NCBI GenBank assembly: GCA_008369845.1
Contig: MRSU01000151.1
Location: 1 to 45,022, forward strand
DNA: 45,022 bases
DNA from: Trichomonas gallinae
Lineage: Eukaryota
Direction of reading: 5' to 3'
Below are positions 10,560-17,687 of this stretch, one piece after another. The notes beneath the pieces are model-generated. The model did no database searches and was not told the origin of the DNA. It saw only the letters and a list, made by a program, of their open reading frames with translations. The position numbers were made by a program, and so were the translations under genes. Every line of letters begins with the position of its first letter. The first letter of the stretch is position 1.

Positions 10560-10843
10560 AGCGAAAAAATGAGATTTTAATTTTTCGATTTGGATTTTCC
10601 TAGATTTATCGCTTTTCTATATTATATATCAATATAATTCAATGTAATAATGTTATTTATTCGTAATATGAGACGAGAAAATGAGATTTTTTTTTGGAAT
10701 TGGATTTTCTTGAATTTTTCACTTTTCTATATTATATATTGATTTAATATAATGTAATATTGTTATTTATTTGGAATGTTAGACGAAAAAATAGGATTTT
10801 AATATTTTGATTTGAATTTTCTTGGAATTTTCACCTTTCTATT
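10560..10843. repeat. Degenerate tandem repeat, about 111-bp unit, about 2.5 copies
   Basis: Units start CGAAAAAATGAGATTTT (~10562), CGAGAAAATGAGATTTT (~10674) and CGAAAAAATAGGATTTT (~10784). Each continues to CTTTTCTAT or CCTTTCTAT; the first two also share AATGTAATA.TGTTATTTAT. Confidence 0.8.
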
Positions 10844-11656
10844 TGAGATATGAAATACATAAACCATATCTATTTTATATTTCATCATTTTAATCTATAT
10901 AAATCAGGAATTAAAAATTGAAAAAAATATTAAATTGAAATTATTGCCTACCCAATGCAAAATTCATTATTTAATGATTTTTCAATTAGTTTTCCATATA
11001 ACAATAGATTGGAATCACATTGAAATTATCAACTTCCGCATTTGTTGAACATTGAAAGCTGGAATATTTTGTGTCGAACCAAATTTATGCATTTGTTTTT
11101 ACCATGCGATTGAGAAATGGCATAGACAACTTTCTAATTTAGTTCAAAATTATTAGACGAAAATGATTTGCGAATAATGCAAATTTCGTACTATCTAATG
11201 AATGCATATTATAAAAAGTAGGACAATAAACTTAACATGTATATGTTTCAAAAAATTAAACAAGAAAGAAACTTTTTTGTCATGATGGATAGGGTTTATT
11301 TGTAACATATATCATAAATATCGTCATGATGCGAATAATGTGTTGTATTGTATTAAAAATAGTTTGTATGGATTTCAAATATTTGTGAATATTGGATAAT
11401 GAGAATAAAAAATCGTGTGAATATGTCACACGATCAAATTTACAAAGAATGAATGCTTGATGTGATCTTCTCAATTATTTCTGTGTGATTTAAAAACATG
11501 AATTCGAAAAATGTATAAATAATGATCAACATAAGGATATGAATAGTATTATGAATAGATTTTAGATGTATTCAAAAAAAATTGAAAGCGAAAAAATGGG
11601 AATGAATAAAAATGAGATAAAAGTCTTCACACGAAGCAAGAAGAAAATGAAACACA

Positions 11657-12670
11657 GTGTCATTCAATCTTAGCCAGACTTTCACTTACAAAGGCACAGG
11701 TCAGGATTACACAGTCCCAAAATCCGGGGAGTATCTTCTTGAAGTTTGGGGTGCACAAGGTGGCAACGCAGCTGGTCATTCTGGCCATAGGACGGCTCAA
11801 AATCAGCCTATTTCACAAGCATCTGGAGGCCTAGGAGGTTACACAAAGGGCAGAATAAAGCTGGAAAGAAACCAAAAATTGTATGTTTTTGTTGGCGGGC
11901 AAGGAAACCATTACACTGGATCTTCGACGACAAAAATAACAGGAGGTTTCAATGGAGGTGGTTCAAGCAATGGATGTTCTAAATTTGGATGTGGTGCTGG
12001 TGGTGGTGGAGCAACACATATCTCAACTGTTAATGATGTCCTCCATAAACTTTCTAAATCAGATGTTTTGATTGTCTCAGGTGGAGGTGGAGGAGCATGG
12101 GGAATTGTTAATACCATTTATAGTACATATAGAGGCCTTTCAGAAGGTGGGCACGGAGGTGGACTGATAGGTGGACGAGCTGGATATGATGGGTCAATGG
12201 GATACACATCAGTTGCAAGCAATGCCAATATTTATAATCAAGGAGATTCTAACTCAATGGCATACAATTATGCAACAGGTGGAACTCAAACATCAGGTGG
12301 TGTTCAAGGATGCGCATTAGGATCTAACTCATATTTAAAGACTGATACACCAGCAGATTTTGGGAAAGGTGCAGATTCTGGAAAAGCGGCAGATAATTCT
12401 GGTGGAGGTGGAGGTGGTGGATTTTATGGAGGTGGCGCTGGTGCATCAGGAAATGAACCTTGGGGAACAGCAGGTGGAGGGGGTTCAAGTTATGTTGCTT
12501 CTTCTATTTATGACACATTATTGAATCAAGGAGTCAATCAAGGAGATGGAAAAGCTGTTATTTCTTTTCTTTTTAATATGATTGTAGAATGTAAAACATT
12601 TGGAAACTGTCAAATATATCTATCATTAAGATTGTTTTATTTAAGTTTAGTTTTCATCACAACAAGTTAA
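11657..12670 (+). CDS. Glycine-rich domain protein (ALK/LTK-type Gly-rich family, expanded in trichomonads); start defective, possibly a pseudogene
   Basis: Motifs YTVPKSGEYLLEVWGAQGG, GGLGGYTKG, LYVFVGGQG, GGGGATHI, GGGGGGFYGGG and GGGGSSYV, plus a Cys-containing hydrophobic C-terminus. The frame is closed by TGA at 11648-11650 and has no ATG near its 5' end. Confidence 0.75.
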   Translation: MSFNLSQTFTYKGTGQDYTVPKSGEYLLEVWGAQGGNAAGHSGHRTAQNQPISQASGGLGGYTKGRIKLERNQKLYVFVGGQGNHYTGSSTTKITGGFNGGGSSNGCSKFGCGAGGGGATHISTVNDVLHKLSKSDVLIVSGGGGGAWGIVNTIYSTYRGLSEGGHGGGLIGGRAGYDGSMGYTSVASNANIYNQGDSNSMAYNYATGGTQTSGGVQGCALGSNSYLKTDTPADFGKGADSGKAADNSGGGGGGGFYGGGAGASGNEPWGTAGGGGSSYVASSIYDTLLNQGVNQGDGKAVISFLFNMIVECKTFGNCQIYLSLRLFYLSLVFITTS

Positions 12671-12872
12671 TATTAATCGTTTATCTTTATTTAAAACTCT
12701 CAGTTTTGTTAAAATAAACAACTACTTAGTGCTACAAATATTAAATATTTTGCATAACTAAAATATGAGAGATATTATATCTGTAATCTAAGCATGAAAA
12801 TCCAAACTGATTGTGTGATTGTAAAACAAACAAAATGATATATTTTATATAAAAACAAAAACAATATATGAG

Positions 12873-14765
12873 TCACTTAATGTTGTGGAAGCTGCCAATC
12901 TTCCGCTTTGTCTTGTTGATATCGTTCTCAAGCTCGCTGACTGATTTCTTCGGGACATCGATAGAATCGCACTGTCGCGTGATGTCAGAGAGCTCACTGC
13001 GGAGAAGTTCGACGTTCTTCTTAATGAGTATAGATGTGCCGTTCGTGCTTGAAAGTTCCTTCTTAGACTGGTTGATTTGGGTGTCGAGTGACGAAATCTC
13101 GTCGTTCATCGCTTCGACTTCTTTGTCGACCTGGCTCTCGATGTCTTCAGTCTTCATGCGGAACTGCTTCGTACGCTGTCGGATGCTGTCGATCTCTTTC
13201 TCGATGTCAGCATCTGTCCTAGAAAGAAGCTGGTCGACGTTTGAGACGACTCCGTGGATGTCGACGCTGTCTGGGTTGACGACTGAGACTGGAATCTCCT
13301 GTGGCCTCGTCAGAACTGCGTCTTGCGAAAAAGTGATTGAGTTTATCTTGTCGACGATCTCGTGGAAGTTCTTGATTCTAGATCGGTATGAGTCTGTGAC
13401 TTCGAATTCGATCAAAACATCTTCTTGTTCTTGATGATTTTCTTCTTGTGACTGAGCTTTGTTTAGTGTCTCAGTTATATTCTCTGGAAGAACTTCTTGA
13501 ACTTTCTCCATGAGGGAATCGAACCTCGTGTTATCTATCTCTGGAATTTCGAATTTTTCATTTATTTGATTTTCTTGATTCTCTGTTTCCTTCTTTTCTG
13601 TAGCTGCTGTATGCTGGAAATTATCCTTTTTATCAATATTAGAAAGTGCAGAAAGTCTCAGATATAACTCTGACAAATCATCATTTTCAAAATGCGTAGA
13701 ATTAATATTTGGAGGAGGTGCGGTGATATCTGTGTTGATTGCGAGTGATTGTTGAGCTCTTGCAACTGAATCCTCAAAGAATGTAACAGTTGGCAGCTGT
13801 GAAATTGAATTTTCTGTCATTTGTTTGAAATCTTCGGCTAAAATCTCTATTGGATTGATATTTGACTCCATATTCTTTGTTTCCGATGGGCAAATAAGAG
13901 GAGAAATCTGAATTGAGCCAATTTCGCCTGCATCTTCGATTTTTTGCTCAAGTTGTTCCAATGACTTGGAAATATTCTTTGTATTTGATGCATATTCCGT
14001 ACAATGACGAATGAAATCACGCTGATCTTTATAAATCGAATTAATATAATTTGTAATATTATTATTTTGAGAAATTTGATTTTGTATATCTTGGATTATT
14101 TGACCTGACTTTGTAGCTTTCGAATCATTCTGTGAAGAGTGAATTTCTAGAATATGTGGAGGTTCATCGAAATTCGGATAACTTTGATAATTCATGAGCT
14201 CATAAATATCATTGCATTCTGGTCCATTTGATATTTGTTCTATTATTGTGTCAAATGAATCCGGTTTTTCATTATCATCATATAATTTTCTGTATAATTG
14301 CAATTCATCGTCAAGACGATGGCGTTCGTTCGTAACTTGTTCAAGCTCGACTTTTAATTGGTCAATGTCTGTATATGAATACTCGTTCTCAATCAAATTG
14401 AAAACATCATTTACAGCATTGCAAATTTGCTGACGATGTGATTCGCTTAGTATTCCAGTATCTATGCTGGCATTTTCTTCGATTCTTTTTTGAATATTTT
14501 CGTACAATTTCTGAAGGACCATATTTTGTTCACGGAGAATTTGATTTCCGTTCTTTAAATCTGCATACTTGTGGTATAAATCATCGGTTGATTCGAAAAT
14601 CAGGTTTTTGTTATTTACAAGTTCTCGATATAATTTTTCTTTCTTCGGAATTTTTTGCGCCAAGCTGAGCATTTCGTTGATTTCTTGCTCCAACTTCTTC
14701 TCATTTTGCTTGAACTCTGTCCGCATCTGTCTTAAATTGGGAGATGTCACAAAACTCCCAAACAT
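12873..14765 (-). CDS. Hypothetical coiled-coil protein
   Basis: 630-aa ATG-started ORF, E/K/Q/N-rich with heptad segments at both ends. No family recognised. Confidence 0.8.
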   Translation of the reverse strand: MFGSFVTSPNLRQMRTEFKQNEKKLEQEINEMLSLAQKIPKKEKLYRELVNNKNLIFESTDDLYHKYADLKNGNQILREQNMVLQKLYENIQKRIEENASIDTGILSESHRQQICNAVNDVFNLIENEYSYTDIDQLKVELEQVTNERHRLDDELQLYRKLYDDNEKPDSFDTIIEQISNGPECNDIYELMNYQSYPNFDEPPHILEIHSSQNDSKATKSGQIIQDIQNQISQNNNITNYINSIYKDQRDFIRHCTEYASNTKNISKSLEQLEQKIEDAGEIGSIQISPLICPSETKNMESNINPIEILAEDFKQMTENSISQLPTVTFFEDSVARAQQSLAINTDITAPPPNINSTHFENDDLSELYLRLSALSNIDKKDNFQHTAATEKKETENQENQINEKFEIPEIDNTRFDSLMEKVQEVLPENITETLNKAQSQEENHQEQEDVLIEFEVTDSYRSRIKNFHEIVDKINSITFSQDAVLTRPQEIPVSVVNPDSVDIHGVVSNVDQLLSRTDADIEKEIDSIRQRTKQFRMKTEDIESQVDKEVEAMNDEISSLDTQINQSKKELSSTNGTSILIKKNVELLRSELSDITRQCDSIDVPKKSVSELENDINKTKRKIGSFHNIK

Positions 14766-14782
14766 TATAAGAATGGTAACTT

Positions 14783-14874
14783 TGTCACTTTTATATTGAC
14801 ACTTTTTGTAAGTTTGTCACTTTTAGAATGATGTCACTTTTGTGTTATGTCACTTTTGCTGAATTGACACTTTT
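14783..14874 (-). promoter_or_regulatory. Array of six AAAAGTG(A/T)CA motifs (M2-like AAAGTGAC) upstream of the coiled-coil gene
   Basis: Plus-strand TG(T/A)CACTTTT at 14783, 14797, 14815, 14832, 14848 and 14865, starting 18 nt upstream of the ATG at 14765. Confidence 0.7.
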
Positions 14875-15220
14875 CATGAGGGAGATTGACAACTTCATGA
14901 TACCTATACTATGGAACACAAGGCAAAATTGTACATTTGTCTTCGCATTTGTTTTGGTGCCTATTTATGCAACTGTGAGTAATAGATTTAAGTTTCATGA
15001 TGATCATTTAATGATGCCAAAGTCAAAGCTGTTTCTTTGTAAAATTTGATTGTTTTGAAATCAATTCCAGAGACTGTGAGAAAAAGTTTGGCAACTTTAT
15101 GATGACCATTATATGAAACCTTAATCAATGCTGTATCTTTGTCAATGTCTTTAGTGTTGACATCATATTCCTGAAGCTGCTGAATAAATATTCACAAATT
15201 TCTGCAATACCAAATTGTGA
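14875..15220 (-). pseudogene. Decayed ankyrin-repeat gene fragment (about 3 repeats)
   Basis: Minus-strand translation, with frameshifts marked by slashes: SQFGIAEICEYLF / YDVNTKDIDKDTALIKVSYNGHHKVAKLFLTVSGIDFKTIKFYKETALTLASLNDHHET* / NLLLTVA* / KCEDKCTILPCVP*YRYHEVVNL. About 102-nt periodicity. Confidence 0.8.
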
Positions 15221-15306
15221 TTTAGTAAATTGATGAGATAAAAAAGAAGAGAAAGAAAATAATGAAAATTTACATTTATTTACACAAAAAAATAACACAA
15301 TATTTT

Positions 15307-17163
15307 TTAATCTGTTGCATCTTCTGGAGTCTTCGAGCGATGCTTCGAAGAAAAGGCTGTAGACGCTCTCTCAGGACTATGGTTGATCTGGCTTTCTGGC
15401 ACAAAAGGCTGGAAGTCCATCGCGGAGTCAGGATTCAGAGAAACTCTCTGCTGGCCGGTTATATTTGGTGTCGTTATTCCGCCCATTTCTGCTCCCATGT
15501 CTCTTAAGTAGTATCTTCCGTCTGCACCTCTCAAGAACTTCTGGTTGAGGGCCAACAATTTCGAGTTCCTCGCTGGCACCAGATTCTGGTTCTGTGACTG
15601 CTGCTTCGCTGTCCTCGCCCTGCTTCTCGCATCGTCGTCGACAGATGTCTTCGGGCGAGTTGAGCTTCTCGGGCTCTCCTTCTTTAGCAGTGGCAGCGTT
15701 GTCTTCGAGGTGCTCTGTATGACCTTCTGCAGCAGAGGGTTGTTCGGGAATATCTGTGTCAAGTAGCTGAACAAATCATTCCGAGTTACTCTGATTTCTA
15801 GTTCTTGGTTGCACTTCAATGCGTCCATCTTAGTATTGATGAGTAATTTAAGCTTCTTGTATTCGTCCTTGAGTTTCTGTACAATGGAGAGCTGGTTAAT
15901 CAGCACTTTAGCGTCATTCTTTTCTAATTTCAAACCGGATTGCATCGAGAAGAAGTCAACGAGCATGTTTTCGACCTTATTCATGATGGAGTTGACCACT
16001 GAGTTCTGTATTCGCTGTTCATCTGCTGATGTGAACGTTCCTCCTTCCTTTGAGATTTCTTTAACTTGAGATCCTTCGACTTGGGCCTTCTTTTGTTTAA
16101 GCTTCTCAAGCATGTGGCTTCTTGATGTCTTCTTCTGTTGTATGTTAGCTAAAATACCAACATTTCTACGAGAATTTGTAGAATGTTTCACTGATGTGTA
16201 AATTGTTTCATCATCGACATTTCCTTCCGTGTCTATCGATATTGATCTGAATTCCACCTCCTTTTCTGGCTCTAAGTCTTCAAATGAGAAATCATCTTCC
16301 ATTTCGAAATCATCTTCGAATAAGTTTTCATTTGATTCAGTATCGAAGTAGTCTTCTTCTTCATTATTGAGTTTATTGTATAATTGATCGTAATTCTGTC
16401 CTAATTTAGCCTTTTGTGCTTGATATGCCTTTTCTAGTTGGTCTTGTTGCATCTGTAATAACGTAAACTGGTCCTGTATGCTGTCACCTGATGGTGTGAA
16501 TGCAGACATATCAGGTAAGCCGAATGGATTCATCGCGATTTTTCTTATCTCTTGATCGAAGTAAGATTTCTTTACAAAATCATCGCCTGAGTCGAGTATG
16601 TCTGATTCTCCAAGCGGTGTTTTGCTTGTTTGGAACTGTTCTATCTTTAACTGAACCATCTGCATCGCATGTTCAGTAAGAGAGTCCATGTCGTCTCTCT
16701 GCTTCTGAATATCTTTTTGCAGTGACTGTATGGTCTGAGTAATCTCTGAGTAACTGTCAATAGCGTTTTTCGCATCTCTAAACTGTGATTCGAATTGATC
16801 CATGTCGATTTTTTGTTTTAAATCCGAATCAAAGCGGTCGAGCGTTTCTGTCTGCTGCTGTACTTTGTCTGTGCATTGGTTAATTTTGGTTTGGATCATT
16901 TCTAAAGCATCATCGATTGGAATTCCATCGCGAGTGTAGATTGTTGGGCGCATTTCCTGGACTTTGATGTATAGGCGATCTTCAAAATCCTGGAAGCTAT
17001 TGCAAACATTCGTTACTTGTGTCTGTAGAGATCGAATTTGTGCTCTAATTTCGTCAATCAGAGTTTGTTGAGCAACAGAACTTTGCAACATCTGGGAAAC
17101 ACTCTTCCCGAACATGTCAAAGACATAATTCATTGTCGAAGGTTCTATTTTCTCGTTACTCAT
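15307..17163 (-). CDS. Coiled-coil protein, possibly related to QRICH2/C16orf96 (DUF4795-type)
   Basis: 618-aa ORF with long coiled coils and an acidic linker. TKMD..ELEIRVTRNDL and KFLRGADGRYYL recall the KAD..KVSR..FD and G.DG.IY motifs of that family; the family call is tentative. Confidence 0.75.
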   Translation of the reverse strand: MSNEKIEPSTMNYVFDMFGKSVSQMLQSSVAQQTLIDEIRAQIRSLQTQVTNVCNSFQDFEDRLYIKVQEMRPTIYTRDGIPIDDALEMIQTKINQCTDKVQQQTETLDRFDSDLKQKIDMDQFESQFRDAKNAIDSYSEITQTIQSLQKDIQKQRDDMDSLTEHAMQMVQLKIEQFQTSKTPLGESDILDSGDDFVKKSYFDQEIRKIAMNPFGLPDMSAFTPSGDSIQDQFTLLQMQQDQLEKAYQAQKAKLGQNYDQLYNKLNNEEEDYFDTESNENLFEDDFEMEDDFSFEDLEPEKEVEFRSISIDTEGNVDDETIYTSVKHSTNSRRNVGILANIQQKKTSRSHMLEKLKQKKAQVEGSQVKEISKEGGTFTSADEQRIQNSVVNSIMNKVENMLVDFFSMQSGLKLEKNDAKVLINQLSIVQKLKDEYKKLKLLINTKMDALKCNQELEIRVTRNDLFSYLTQIFPNNPLLQKVIQSTSKTTLPLLKKESPRSSTRPKTSVDDDARSRARTAKQQSQNQNLVPARNSKLLALNQKFLRGADGRYYLRDMGAEMGGITTPNITGQQRVSLNPDSAMDFQPFVPESQINHSPERASTAFSSKHRSKTPEDATD

Positions 17164-17687
17164 CTAAATTTTTTAAAGTACGTTTTTTATTTTGCTTTAC
17201 TTGTCAAAATTGTGTCATAAAATTTTGTAAATTTGTCAAAAAAGAAAATTTGTCATTAAATATGTAAAGTTATTTTACATGTCATAATGTCAAATTTTGA
17301 ATTTATATGTCAACAAATGTGTCATATTTTTAGAGACTGAGATATAAGGATAAAGATAAAAACCCTCCAAGACCCTAACTCATAACTTTTTGCGGATAAC
17401 CATTCCATTATCTATCTATTCTTTAAAACCTCGTAAAGCACTATCATATATTCATGAGATGGTGAAAGGATTTTGATGTGGTGACATGTAAACTTTGATG
17501 CATATATTGTCTATATTTTAGGTGATGATTGGTATGCAAACAAATAAGGTTTTGAAGTTTTACTTTGTGGAGTTTACAGCCTATGCAAGCATCAGAAACA
17601 GGTGGAAATATCTAGAGACAAACAAGAAATGATGAAATGATTTTGACATGTAATACTTTACGTGTCATAATTTCGCAAAAATTCACA

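Noticed and set aside
15099..15175. Apparent box C/D snoRNA (ATGATGA ... CTGA)
   Set aside because: The ATGATGA words are the reverse complement of His-His codons in the ankyrin pseudogene repeats.
17440..17636. Coding-looking stretch upstream of Rictor (DGERILMW*HVNF...)
   Set aside because: Interrupted by stops and only vaguely ankyrin-like; not enough to call.
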